NCBI GenBank assembly: GCA_934169725.1
Contig: CAKPOF010000004.1
Span: 72,245 to 136,244 of the forward strand
From: an uncultured Clostridia bacterium
Lineage (GTDB): Bacteria > Bacillota > Clostridia > TANB77 > CAG-508
Direction of reading: 5' to 3'
Length of the DNA: 64,000 bases
The notes beneath the pieces are model-generated. The model did no database searches and was not told where the DNA came from. It saw only the letters and a list, made by a program, of their open reading frames with translations. Below are positions 26,308 through 37,333 of this stretch, piece by piece. Every line of letters begins with the position of its first letter. Within the stretch, counting starts at the first letter, position 1. The position numbers and the translations under genes were made by a program.

Positions 26308-29300
26308 ATGAGAGAAAATTTAAAGAAGTTATTAACAATTATATTAATAATTATAACATTGTCATCTTTTGATGTCGTCTTTTTGGGGAACAAAATAGTA
26401 AAGGCAGTTGCTGACAGTTTAGAAACATATAGTGATAATACTAATAATGTAAATGTTAAATTTGAAGCATACTTTAAAGAAAAGGATAAAAAAACTCATA
26501 ATGTTAAAAAGAATATAAGCAATCAAGATACAAGTTTATATTTATATATAAAAGTTCAAGATAGAGGGATTTTAGATAATGCTAAAGTAAAAATAGATGA
26601 TTCTAATTTTAAGATAAAAACAAATGAGATAACTAATTCTAATATAAAAAATATCAACTTAGATTCAAATGAGATCGAACTAAATTCAATTACACATGGT
26701 AATGAAATAGAATTAGAAATACCAGTGGAATTTAAGAAAGTTGATAGCTTGAAATCTGAATATTTTTCTAAAGAAACTAATATCTCAATGGAAGGTACAT
26801 ATAGAAATGATGAAAAAGAAGAAACGATAAAAGGTAAGATAATAACAAGAATTGATTGGAGTGATGATGAAAATATTACATTATCAGAAAATATAGAAAA
26901 ATGTGTTGATTTAAAAGATAATCAAATGTTATTAGAACAAAATATTATAAGTAAAATTGAACAAGGAGAATTACCAAGAGAAAATGAAAGTTTAAAAATT
27001 GCAGTACCAGAAATATCAAATGAAAAACCTACTAATGTAAAAGTAATATTTAATGGAAGTAAAATAGAAGATTCAAATATAAGTTATGACAATAAAAATG
27101 GAGAATTAAAAATAAATGTAATAGCTAATAAAGATGAAAATGACAATACTATTTGGAGTAAAAATAAAACAAATGTATATAAAGTTATATATCTATACGA
27201 TAATGTATCAAAAGAAAATGTTAGTAAAGTAAAATTAAAAACTGAAATGAATACAAAAGTATTTACGAAAGATGTAATATCAAATAAGGCAGAAGATGAA
27301 ATAGAAGTAAATTTAAATGGTAATTTAGTAAGTATACAAAAAAATATAATACCAGGTGTTTATAAAGGATATTTGTATGCTAATTCACAAAATAGAACAG
27401 AATACAAGGAAAATAATACAGTAGAAATTTCTAATATAGATAATATTCAAAATTTAAAAATATACACAGATAATACGTATTTTAAAGATGGAAATAATAC
27501 AAAATACGATGCTAATAATTTAATAAAATATGAAGAAACATATTTAAATAAAAATAAAATGATGGAAATATTTGGTGAAGATGGATATATCAATGTTAAA
27601 AATGCTACGGGAAATACAATACAAACAATAGATAAAAATACAGAAACAGATGAAAACGGTAAAATTACTATAAAATATGAAGAAAATACAAGCAATATAG
27701 TTTTAGAAACTTCTAAACCTGTAAAAGAAGGTATGTTTACAATACAAAATCAAAAATATGTAAATGGAGAAACAGGGTATGCAAAAGAGCAATTAAAACA
27801 ATTCTTAAAACTAAATACTAATGGAAAAGTAGAAACTAATTTAAGTACAGATGAAACAAATATTGATATGAATTTGATGGATACGAAAACAGAAGCTAAA
27901 TTAGAAGTAAATAATTCAAATATATCGACATTACAAAAAAATGAAAATATTGAATTTAGACTTACTTTAAAAACTTCATCACCAGAAAACGATTTGTTTA
28001 AAAATCCTACATTTGAAATAAAAATACCAAATGTAATTTCAAATATTTCTGTAAAATCTGTAAATACAGTTTCTTCAGAAATGTTTAATATAACAGAACA
28101 AAAAATAGTAGACAACGAAAATGGAGAAAAAGTTATAAGGATATCACTACAAGGAGAACAAACAGAATATACTAATGAAATAAATGAAACAGCAATTGTA
28201 GTAAATGCAGACATTGAAACAAATATATTAACACCTAGTCAAAAAGCTAATATAGAAACAACATATACAAATGAAAATGGAAATGAAAAAACATATAAAT
28301 TAAATACAGATTTAAATATACAATCTAAATCTGGAATGATGATTTATAATAATATATCAAATTATAATAATGCTAAAGATTCAATATATACAATAGATGA
28401 TAATGTCCCAATGGGAGCTTTAGATTTACGTAGTAATTCAAATGTTGCTACAGTAAAATCTGCAATTATAAATAACTTTGGACAAGATATTGAAAATGTA
28501 ACAATTGTTGGAAGAATACCAAAAAATGGCCAAGCAGATGGTAGTGTAGATTCAACATTAATAAAAGGAATAGAAACGAATTTAAATGGAGTAGAAATAC
28601 TTTATTCAGAAAACATAAATGCTAAAAATGGGGATGATAGTTGGAAAGAAGATCCTACAAATGCAAGTATATACATGATAAAAATTGACAATATGCAGGC
28701 TCAACAAGTTGCTGCTATACAATATGAAATACAAGTTCCAGAAGATATTGGATATGGAAAGAAATTGTCAGAAGAAACAAATGTAAAATATACAATTTCA
28801 GGAAATACTCAAACACAAAAATCAAGAGTACAAGCTAAAACAGAAGAACTAATTAATAAAAATGTAATGAATTTAGCAAATTCTGCAGAAACAACAGAAA
28901 ATGGATTGACAGTAAATATTTCTACAGTTTCAGCAGGTTCTGAATTAAAAGATGGAGATAGCATATATGAAGGAGAGCACATAGTATATACAGCACAAAT
29001 AACAAATAATACAGGAAATGAACTAAAAAATGTAGGAGTAAAAGCTACACAAACAAAAGGGAAAATCTATGGGCTTTATGCAGAAGAAACATACGATCCA
29101 AATGTTGGAGAAGATTCTAAAAAAGTTCAATATAGATATAAAGAACTAGATACTAGTGAAAAAGAATTTGCAAAATCAGAAACATTAGCAAATGGAGAAA
29201 GCAAAACTATAACATATGAAATTGTAGTACAAGAAGTAGAGGGCGAAAATGAACAAACATATGGCAATTTAGTAATAAGTGCTAATGGGTTAAATAATGA

Positions 29301-31974
29301 CATAAATGTTGCAACTATAAAAAATAATATAAAACAGGCAGAAGTAAAAGCAACTTTAGAAAATGCACGTTGGGAAGGCGAAAAAATTTATTTAGAGCAA
29401 TCAGTTCAATTAAATTTGACTATAGAGAATACAAGTGGAAAAGATTTAACAAATTTAAAAGGTACAATAAAATTGCCTGATGGAGTATATTGTAAAGATC
29501 CAGATGCGTTAATTTTAAGTACAGATGGTGATGATGATAATGAAGAAGAGCAAGGTGAAGATGAAATAGAAAACAATGAAAATGATGATGCAAATGAAGA
29601 TGAAAAAGAAGATGATTCAGATGAGGCAGAAGATGGAAGTATAGATATAGGAGAAGGATCAATTATAGCAAATCGAACATATGATGACGATAAAAAAATA
29701 ATGTCTTTTGAATTGTCAGAGTTAAAAGCTCAGGAGAAGGTAAAATTGGAGTTATATGTATATGCAGAAGATTTTAAAGGTGAGTCAAAGAATTTTAACT
29801 TTTTATATAGCATGCAATCTGAAAATACGTATAATTCAAATGTAGTAAATTTGGATGTAATAAACACAATAAGAGATGTAGTAGCAGAACAGACTGCTAA
29901 TATTGATAGTGGTAAAACTTTAAAAGATGGAGATAAATTTGAATTAAAATTAACAGTAAGTAATAACGATAAAGAAGATTTATGGGTAACTATAAATGAA
30001 GAATTAGATGGTGGGTTAAATTTAAAGAGTGCAAAAATAAAGTATTTAGGAACAGAAAATGAAGTAGTAGTGTCTGGAAATGATGAAGAAGAAGATAATG
30101 AAGAATATGAAGAAGATATTACAACAGAGGAAAAAGAGAGTGAAGAGGATAGTAATGAAAATGGACAAGAAGAGATGAAAGAATATAGCAATGAAAACGA
30201 GTCGGAAGAGAATGAAAATGAGGATAAAGAAGGATTTAGTGCAAGTGTAGAACAAATAAAAGGCCAGCAAGAAATAAAAGCAAATTCCAAGATAGAAATT
30301 ATAATGCAAATAGAAGTTGAAGAAGCAAATGTTGAGGGAAGTGAAGATCAAGAAGAGAATCAAGTTGTAGTTTTAAATAGTTTAGCAACTATTACATATG
30401 GTAAAAAATCAGAATATGAAGAGTATACAACTGATTGGAATCATACATTTACTGTGAATAAAGAATTTAATGTAATGACAGAAATTGATGATGAGAAAGA
30501 ACAAGTGTCAATAACACAAACAGCAAATCCAGAAGATAAATCAATGTTACAAGATAAACAAAAAACAGAATATATCTTTGAAATAAGAAATAATAAAAAT
30601 TTTGATATTGAAACAACATTAATAGACTATATTCCTAAAGGAATTGTTGTAGAAAAAATTACTTTAGATGGAAAACAAATCGGAAATACAAATAAGATTA
30701 AAGTAAAAAATTATGAGATGGAACCGGGACAAATATCAAATTTAAAAATAGAAGGTTATTTTGATAAAAAGAAAGCGGTTAATGATCCAATAGTAAATAG
30801 TTTAACAGCAGAAACAGATGGAGAAAGCATAATATCAAATAGTATTACATATAAAACAGATAAATCTAAGGTAAATCCAAATAACCCAACGAAACCGGAT
30901 AATCCAAATAATCCTAGTAATCCAACAAATCCAGGAGATTCTAACAATGGAAATAATGCAGGAAATGGTCAATATTCGATAAGTGGAATTGCATGGGTTG
31001 ATTCAAATAAAGATGGAAAAAGAGATGATTCTGAAAAAGTACTAGCTGGAGTAGGAGTTAAAGTTATAGACGCAGAAAAGGGAACATATGTAAGTGATAT
31101 AAATGTAAAAACAAGTGATAACGGAGAATATAAAGTAAATGTAGATTCAGGAAATTATATATTGGTGTTTTCATATGATACATCAAGATACAATTTGACT
31201 CAATATAAAGCAAGTGGAGTGTCAAATGATAAGAATTCAGATGTTATTAGTAAAGATATAACAATTGATGGAAACATTGAAACAGTAGGAGCTACAGATA
31301 ATTTACAAATAGATTCATCAAATTTAATAAATATTGATATAGGTTTAACAGAGTCAGCTACCTTTGACTTAGAACTGGATAAATACATAAATGAGATTAC
31401 TGTACAAACAAACAAAAATACAACAAAATATGGATATAATAAACAAAATTTAGTAAAAGTAGAGATTGGAGCAAAAGAATTGAATAATTCTACTGTAATT
31501 ATGAGATATTCAATACAAGTAACTAATACAGGAGATGTAGCAGGTTATGTGCAAAACATTATAGATTATATGCCGTCAGATTTGAAATTTAAATCTGAAT
31601 TGAATTCAGATTGGTATGAATCTAATGGAGCATTGTATAATACAAGTTTATCAAATACAGCAATACAACCTGGAGAATCAAAAAATGTTAATTTAGTACT
31701 TGTTAAAAATATAAATGAAACTAATACTGGAACAGTTGTAAATACAGCTGAAATAGGAAAAGCAAGTAATGCATTAGAACTTGATGATGTGGATTCTACA
31801 CCAAATAATAAAAAAGCGGATGAAGATGATTATGGAAAAGCCGAAGTTATTATAAGTGTAAAGACAGGTTCTGTTGTAATGTATATATTTACAATATTCT
31901 TAAGCTTAGCAATAATTGCCCTTGGAACTTATGTAATAAACAAAAAACTTACAAAATATGATATAGAATTTTAA
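26308..31974 (+). CDS. Giant surface protein, type A' (1888 aa), paralogue of type A with acidic and Pro/Asn-rich inserts
   Basis: The start at ATG 26308 follows GTGGGGGA. The N-terminus (VKFEAYFKEKD..SLYLYIKV) and C-terminus (ISGIAWVDSNKDGKRDDSEKVLAGVGVKVID..; VAGYVQNIIDYMPSDLKFKSELNSDWY) align with protein A. The C-terminus is SVKTGS followed by a TM segment and a basic tail. Confidence 0.85.
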   Translation: MRENLKKLLTIILIIITLSSFDVVFLGNKIVKAVADSLETYSDNTNNVNVKFEAYFKEKDKKTHNVKKNISNQDTSLYLYIKVQDRGILDNAKVKIDDSNFKIKTNEITNSNIKNINLDSNEIELNSITHGNEIELEIPVEFKKVDSLKSEYFSKETNISMEGTYRNDEKEETIKGKIITRIDWSDDENITLSENIEKCVDLKDNQMLLEQNIISKIEQGELPRENESLKIAVPEISNEKPTNVKVIFNGSKIEDSNISYDNKNGELKINVIANKDENDNTIWSKNKTNVYKVIYLYDNVSKENVSKVKLKTEMNTKVFTKDVISNKAEDEIEVNLNGNLVSIQKNIIPGVYKGYLYANSQNRTEYKENNTVEISNIDNIQNLKIYTDNTYFKDGNNTKYDANNLIKYEETYLNKNKMMEIFGEDGYINVKNATGNTIQTIDKNTETDENGKITIKYEENTSNIVLETSKPVKEGMFTIQNQKYVNGETGYAKEQLKQFLKLNTNGKVETNLSTDETNIDMNLMDTKTEAKLEVNNSNISTLQKNENIEFRLTLKTSSPENDLFKNPTFEIKIPNVISNISVKSVNTVSSEMFNITEQKIVDNENGEKVIRISLQGEQTEYTNEINETAIVVNADIETNILTPSQKANIETTYTNENGNEKTYKLNTDLNIQSKSGMMIYNNISNYNNAKDSIYTIDDNVPMGALDLRSNSNVATVKSAIINNFGQDIENVTIVGRIPKNGQADGSVDSTLIKGIETNLNGVEILYSENINAKNGDDSWKEDPTNASIYMIKIDNMQAQQVAAIQYEIQVPEDIGYGKKLSEETNVKYTISGNTQTQKSRVQAKTEELINKNVMNLANSAETTENGLTVNISTVSAGSELKDGDSIYEGEHIVYTAQITNNTGNELKNVGVKATQTKGKIYGLYAEETYDPNVGEDSKKVQYRYKELDTSEKEFAKSETLANGESKTITYEIVVQEVEGENEQTYGNLVISANGLNNDINVATIKNNIKQAEVKATLENARWEGEKIYLEQSVQLNLTIENTSGKDLTNLKGTIKLPDGVYCKDPDALILSTDGDDDNEEEQGEDEIENNENDDANEDEKEDDSDEAEDGSIDIGEGSIIANRTYDDDKKIMSFELSELKAQEKVKLELYVYAEDFKGESKNFNFLYSMQSENTYNSNVVNLDVINTIRDVVAEQTANIDSGKTLKDGDKFELKLTVSNNDKEDLWVTINEELDGGLNLKSAKIKYLGTENEVVVSGNDEEEDNEEYEEDITTEEKESEEDSNENGQEEMKEYSNENESEENENEDKEGFSASVEQIKGQQEIKANSKIEIIMQIEVEEANVEGSEDQEENQVVVLNSLATITYGKKSEYEEYTTDWNHTFTVNKEFNVMTEIDDEKEQVSITQTANPEDKSMLQDKQKTEYIFEIRNNKNFDIETTLIDYIPKGIVVEKITLDGKQIGNTNKIKVKNYEMEPGQISNLKIEGYFDKKKAVNDPIVNSLTAETDGESIISNSITYKTDKSKVNPNNPTKPDNPNNPSNPTNPGDSNNGNNAGNGQYSISGIAWVDSNKDGKRDDSEKVLAGVGVKVIDAEKGTYVSDINVKTSDNGEYKVNVDSGNYILVFSYDTSRYNLTQYKASGVSNDKNSDVISKDITIDGNIETVGATDNLQIDSSNLINIDIGLTESATFDLELDKYINEITVQTNKNTTKYGYNKQNLVKVEIGAKELNNSTVIMRYSIQVTNTGDVAGYVQNIIDYMPSDLKFKSELNSDWYESNGALYNTSLSNTAIQPGESKNVNLVLVKNINETNTGTVVNTAEIGKASNALELDDVDSTPNNKKADEDDYGKAEVIISVKTGSVVMYIFTIFLSLAIIALGTYVINKKLTKYDIEF

Positions 31975-31991
31975 GAGAAAGGAGGTAAAGA

Positions 31992-34900
31992 ATGAAATTT
32001 TATAGGAAAATAGTAGTAAATATTATTGTTATATTTATATTAGTACTAATTATACAATTTCTGTACAATATTTCAATGGCTGCAAATTTTAAAATGAAAG
32101 ATATGTTAGATAAAGCTAAAATTTTTTCTGAAAATAATAATGAATTTGTAACTAAATATCATGTTAAAGATGAATTATATAGCGATAGTGGAATAATAAG
32201 TGATAATGATAATTATTTATGGTTATGTTTAGGACATGGAAAGTATTCAGGAATAGACAATGTCAATGATATAAAATGTGCTTTAGATATTAATATGAAA
32301 AATGATGGAAGCACAAGCTTTGGAAAATATACAAGTAAAATAAAACATGGAACAGGAACTTCTCAGAATGATAAAAAAAATACGACACAGGTAAAAAAAT
32401 TAGCATATTTAGCTTGGATATCAAATGTTGATAAAAAAACTGGATATGCGGATACTCCGAGTACGAAGGGAACATTACATTGGTATATATATGTTGCAAA
32501 TGATATGGACAAATTAATTGGAAAATTTTACTATAAAATAAAAAGAAGAGGTGGATATCCATCAGGAAAAGATAAAAAAGTAATGAATAGAGCTGAGAGA
32601 TATGCCAAAACGGAATCATCAGAATCAACAGCAAAAATAACCAAGAAAACGACTAATCCCAAAATGACTAAAAAGAAATATAAAGGCACTGAATATATGT
32701 ATATAGGCCCATTTAAAATAAATACAAAGGGAACAGTAACAAAGGTCACAACACAAGTTAGTGCTGGAACGTATGAAACTAAAGGAATAGCTACTAAAGT
32801 AGGAGGAGAAGTAAAAGGAGATTTAAAAAGAATACAAAATAATAAAAAATTTTATATTGCAACAAAAAGGAGTCAAATAAAAAGTGCAACTAGTGCAAAG
32901 GTTACATTGTATACGAAAGGAACACAAGGTGGAGCAACCATAATAGATAAAAATGGTAAATTAAGTAATGGATATATTCAAGCAAGATTATTATTTATAG
33001 GGCATAGTACAGGACAATCACAGCTTATTTTTGCAGGTAGAATAAAAAAAGGAAGCACAGTGACTGATAGTGTAACATGGGACTTAAATACAACGTCAAA
33101 AGGACATTTAAGTGTGAATAAAATAGGAATATATGCTGGAGATGATGAATATGAAGATGTTCAAGGAATAAAATTTAAATTATATGTTATGAGTGGTAAT
33201 AATAAAAAGTATGTTAAAATAAATGGTTCAAGTTCTATTACAAATGGTGCTGTTACAGTAACATCACAAAGTAATAATGAAAGTAGTTCTAAGGCAACTG
33301 TATTTACAACACCTGCAAGTGGAACTGTTGATATAAATAATATTGCTTTAGGTAAATATTATATTGAAGAAACTTCAGAAAGTAATCAATATAGAAGAGA
33401 TATTTACGAGGCTAAAGTGAAAATTGGTAGTTCTGATGAAACTGATGCAACAATAGTAAATTCGACAACAGTTGGACCAATAGAAGTAAAAACTAATACA
33501 GAAACATCTTTGACATTGAAGGATTATAGACAAAGAGGAGCATTAAAAATAATAAAACAAGATGAAGAGAGTGGAAAAAGATTGGCTAATGTTGGATTTA
33601 AAATATATAATAGTGATACATATAATTATTTAGTGTCTTCAAAAAATCAATGGGATGGAAAATATTGGATGGATCCTAGACCAGAAAATGGATTTACAGA
33701 AAATGAAGATAACGCAACAATATTTTATACAGATAACAATGGAGAAATATATATAGAACATTTAGATGCTGGAAACTATGTAATTCAAGAAATTAGTAAT
33801 CCAAATTATGGCTATTTAGAAATGGTTGGTGATAGTGAAGTAGAAGTTGGTAAAGATGATAATCCTAAAATATATATAATAAATAATAAGAAAAATACAG
33901 GTAACTTAAATATAAGTAAATTGGATTATGATAATAGAAATTTAACAATATCTAATGTTGATTTTAAGTTAGCGATAAAAGATGATGATGGTAGTGAAGA
34001 ATACGTGGTTATAAATAACATAGGAAATGGTATTGCACAAGGCACAACTCTAATTTCAGATAATTCAGGTATGAGAATGACAAAAAATAGTTCAGAAGCA
34101 ACAACATTCAGAACAGATAATAATGGTCAAATAAAAATATTAAATATGCTTGAGGGAACATATGAAGTAAAAGAAATATCTGTAGGATACAATTTTGGGT
34201 ATGATATAGATGGAAATTATATATGGTATAAAACCGATGAACCAGATGAAAATGGTAATTATATTGAACAAAAATTATCAGAAGATGAAGATGGAGAGAT
34301 TGTTGTTACTGTTGAACATCAAAGTTCTTTAGAAACTAGTAATGTAAATACTAACCAGTATAATAGAGTTTATGTATATAACAAACGAAAATACATCAAA
34401 GTAAGTGGATTTGCATGGGAAGACAGAATAAATGATAATAAAGAAAGCAAAAAAGATTCACGATGGGTAGAAAATACAGATGATAAAAGATTACAATATG
34501 TACCAGTTACATTAAAAAAAGCAGATGGAAGCGTAATAGGAAGCACAATAACAGATAAAGATGGAAAATACGTATTTGGTGATTATGAAAATGATAGTAA
34601 TGCACAAAAGATATTAATTGAAGATTTAAAAGGTGCATATGTAGAATTTGAATATAATGGAATGGGATATAAATCATTAGATGATTATGATAAACCGGAA
34701 TTTTCATTACAAGAAAAGAAAAATTCAGATGGCAAAGTTATGTCGAAAATAGTAGTAAATGATAAAAATACAGCAACAGACAGTGATTTAAGAGACGATT
34801 TTAATAATAAATATGCAACAATAGGAAAAAATAGTTCTTTTAACAATAATAATCAAAAGACATATGATATAAGATATAATTCAAGTAATCATGAAAGCAA

Positions 34901-37298
34901 AGTTATTTATGGTAATAATTTGAAATATGGATATGAAGGACAAAAATATCCGATATCAGGTATAGATGATCAATACAAAATAAAAGCACATACAAAGCAA
35001 AAGACAGAAAATATAATTTGTACAGATTACACAATAGATACACTTAGACAAAATGGAATATCAGAGGTTAGTGGTATAAATTTAGGTGTTGTAGAAAGAG
35101 AAATGCCAGATTTAGCTATAACAGAAGATATGGAAAAAGTTGATATTAGTTTAAATGGATATACACATACTTATAAATATGAACAAAGATATAAAAATGC
35201 AAATGAATTTGCTGGTGGAGATGGATTTAATGTAAATGTAAAATTTGCAAGTAAATATTCAGAAAATTCATATACTAGAGAAGTATATGCATCAGATGTT
35301 GTATATAATAATCAAGCAGAAAATAAAGGAAAATTAAAAATTTCTATGACATATAAAATAAGATTAAGAAATGAAGCAACAGGATTAACTAGTATAATAA
35401 AAACATTAGCCAATTATTATGATGCAAGGTATGATAGTATTGATGTAAAGGATTCAGAAGGAAATAGTTTAAAAGTAGAAACAGCAGGTGGAGGAAATGG
35501 TTTAAGAAGAGCTAATATTACTTTAAATCAACAATTGAAAAAAGAAACTACTAAAGAAATATATATAACTTACAATTTGGGTAATGACGCAATAAACAGT
35601 TTATTAAATGATAATATGACATTAAATTCTGTAAGTGAAATAGCATCATATTCTACAATAGAAGGTGATAATAAGGCATATGCTGGTATAGATATAGATT
35701 CTGCACCAGATAATGCAACACCAACAGATACAAATACATATGAAGATGATACAGATAGAGCTCCATCATTAAAACTACAATTGAAAGATCCAAGAGTAGT
35801 ACAAGGTACAGTTTGGGAAGATGGTGCAATACAAAGTTTATTAAAGAAACAAGGTTATGAAAAACAAAGAGTTGGTGATGGAATATATGATACAAAAGAG
35901 AATACAGTAAAAAAAGTAAAAGTAGAATTAATATCTAAACAAGAAGGAAAAGTAGCAAAATTGTATAATACAAATAATGCTATATCAGATGCTGTAACAG
36001 AAACAGATGAAAAAGGTAAATATATCTTTACAGGTGTTATACCAGACAAATATTATGTAAGATTTACATATGGAGATAATAGTGTTATCTATGATCCTCA
36101 GGGAAACGTTAAGAAAAATGTAGTGGCAGAAGACTATAAGTCTACAATTTACAGAGGAGGAAATAAACAAGCCGTAGCAGCAATGACAGATTACTGGTAT
36201 AGAGGGGAAACAAGTGATAAAAATGTATCAAGATTATCAGATGCAAAAGATACAATTGGAGTAAATCAAGATGGAACTGAAATACCAGATATAGTAAATA
36301 ATAGAACAACAGAAAATGAAATTACATATGAGACAGCATCTAAGAGTAGGGGATTAAAAGAAATAAAAGCTGATACAAGAGAGTTTGATATAAAATTGGA
36401 ATATGATATTAATTTAAATAATACAACAGAATATATAGATGAATTTGGAAATAATAAATTAATATTTAAATTTGATAATATTGACTTTGGTATAATAGAA
36501 AGACCTATACAAGAATTAAAACTAAAGAAAGAAATTGACAATGTTAAAATATCACTTGCAAATGGAGTTAATTTGGTAAATGGAAATCCAAAAACTGAAA
36601 CTTTATCAGGAGTTAAAATTTTAGGTGATGATGTATATGTTGAAATGGATAATGAATTAATGCAAGGTGCTAAATTGACAGTAAAATACGCAATAAGTGT
36701 AGATAATAGTGGATGTGAAATAGATTATAATGACGAAGATTATTATATCTATGGCACAGTGCCAGCAAATAATGAGAATTATATGATAGCAACAGTAGTT
36801 GATATGTTTGATTATTTACCAGAGGATGTTACATTAAATACAACAGATCAAGAAGACTGGAAAATTCAAAAAATAACAAGTGATATGAAGGGAAAATTAC
36901 TTTCAAACGAGGTATATAAGGCAGTAGAAAAACGTACAAATATAGTTCATTTAAATCCTGCAAAGAAAGTATTTGAAATGGAACCTGGTTCAGAACGTCG
37001 TAGTACAAGTTTGACAGTGGATAAATTGTTAACAAGTTCATCTGATGATTTAACTTTTGAAAATGATATAGAAATAATCAAATTAAGAGGAAGAAAATCA
37101 AGAAATTCTACACCAGGTAATTATAATCCAACAACAAATCAAATACATGAAGAAGATGATGATAATGTAACTTTAACAATAACAGGCCCAACAGGTAGTA
37201 ACAAACAATATGTTGTTTATGGAGTAGTAGGAATAAGTATGCTAATTGTAATTGGTATAGGAATAATAGTAATTAAGAAAAAGATATTAAATAAATAG
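31992..37298 (+). CDS. Giant surface protein, type B' (1768 aa), paralogue of type B with three SpaA/Cna-B-type domains
   Basis: RBS AAAGGAGG. Blocks PDLAITEDMEKVDISLNGYTHTYKYEQRYKN and IDIDSAPDNATPTDTNTYEDDTDRAPSLKLQL align with protein B. Prealbumin-fold repeats include GALKIIKQDEESGKRLANVGFKIYN.. and GNLNISKLDYDNRNLTISNVDFKLA... The C-terminus is TGPTGS followed by a TM segment and KKKILNK. Confidence 0.85.
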   Translation: MKFYRKIVVNIIVIFILVLIIQFLYNISMAANFKMKDMLDKAKIFSENNNEFVTKYHVKDELYSDSGIISDNDNYLWLCLGHGKYSGIDNVNDIKCALDINMKNDGSTSFGKYTSKIKHGTGTSQNDKKNTTQVKKLAYLAWISNVDKKTGYADTPSTKGTLHWYIYVANDMDKLIGKFYYKIKRRGGYPSGKDKKVMNRAERYAKTESSESTAKITKKTTNPKMTKKKYKGTEYMYIGPFKINTKGTVTKVTTQVSAGTYETKGIATKVGGEVKGDLKRIQNNKKFYIATKRSQIKSATSAKVTLYTKGTQGGATIIDKNGKLSNGYIQARLLFIGHSTGQSQLIFAGRIKKGSTVTDSVTWDLNTTSKGHLSVNKIGIYAGDDEYEDVQGIKFKLYVMSGNNKKYVKINGSSSITNGAVTVTSQSNNESSSKATVFTTPASGTVDINNIALGKYYIEETSESNQYRRDIYEAKVKIGSSDETDATIVNSTTVGPIEVKTNTETSLTLKDYRQRGALKIIKQDEESGKRLANVGFKIYNSDTYNYLVSSKNQWDGKYWMDPRPENGFTENEDNATIFYTDNNGEIYIEHLDAGNYVIQEISNPNYGYLEMVGDSEVEVGKDDNPKIYIINNKKNTGNLNISKLDYDNRNLTISNVDFKLAIKDDDGSEEYVVINNIGNGIAQGTTLISDNSGMRMTKNSSEATTFRTDNNGQIKILNMLEGTYEVKEISVGYNFGYDIDGNYIWYKTDEPDENGNYIEQKLSEDEDGEIVVTVEHQSSLETSNVNTNQYNRVYVYNKRKYIKVSGFAWEDRINDNKESKKDSRWVENTDDKRLQYVPVTLKKADGSVIGSTITDKDGKYVFGDYENDSNAQKILIEDLKGAYVEFEYNGMGYKSLDDYDKPEFSLQEKKNSDGKVMSKIVVNDKNTATDSDLRDDFNNKYATIGKNSSFNNNNQKTYDIRYNSSNHESKVIYGNNLKYGYEGQKYPISGIDDQYKIKAHTKQKTENIICTDYTIDTLRQNGISEVSGINLGVVEREMPDLAITEDMEKVDISLNGYTHTYKYEQRYKNANEFAGGDGFNVNVKFASKYSENSYTREVYASDVVYNNQAENKGKLKISMTYKIRLRNEATGLTSIIKTLANYYDARYDSIDVKDSEGNSLKVETAGGGNGLRRANITLNQQLKKETTKEIYITYNLGNDAINSLLNDNMTLNSVSEIASYSTIEGDNKAYAGIDIDSAPDNATPTDTNTYEDDTDRAPSLKLQLKDPRVVQGTVWEDGAIQSLLKKQGYEKQRVGDGIYDTKENTVKKVKVELISKQEGKVAKLYNTNNAISDAVTETDEKGKYIFTGVIPDKYYVRFTYGDNSVIYDPQGNVKKNVVAEDYKSTIYRGGNKQAVAAMTDYWYRGETSDKNVSRLSDAKDTIGVNQDGTEIPDIVNNRTTENEITYETASKSRGLKEIKADTREFDIKLEYDINLNNTTEYIDEFGNNKLIFKFDNIDFGIIERPIQELKLKKEIDNVKISLANGVNLVNGNPKTETLSGVKILGDDVYVEMDNELMQGAKLTVKYAISVDNSGCEIDYNDEDYYIYGTVPANNENYMIATVVDMFDYLPEDVTLNTTDQEDWKIQKITSDMKGKLLSNEVYKAVEKRTNIVHLNPAKKVFEMEPGSERRSTSLTVDKLLTSSSDDLTFENDIEIIKLRGRKSRNSTPGNYNPTTNQIHEEDDDNVTLTITGPTGSNKQYVVYGVVGISMLIVIGIGIIVIKKKILNK

Positions 37299-37305
37299 AT
37301 TACAG

Positions 37306-37333
37306 GAAGTAGCATTTGCTACTTCTTTTTTTG
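37306..37333 (+). terminator. Intrinsic terminator ending the A'-B' operon
   Basis: GAAGTAGC-ATTT-GCTACTTC followed by TTTTTTT. Confidence 0.8.

Noticed and set aside
17049-37298. Whether the four giant genes are a classical sortase-assembled pilus operon.
   Set aside because: There is no sortase gene in or next to the block. By eye I found no YPKN-type pilin motif and no canonical LPxTG. The proteins are several times larger than typical pilins. A surface fibre or adhesin role is retained only as a hypothesis.
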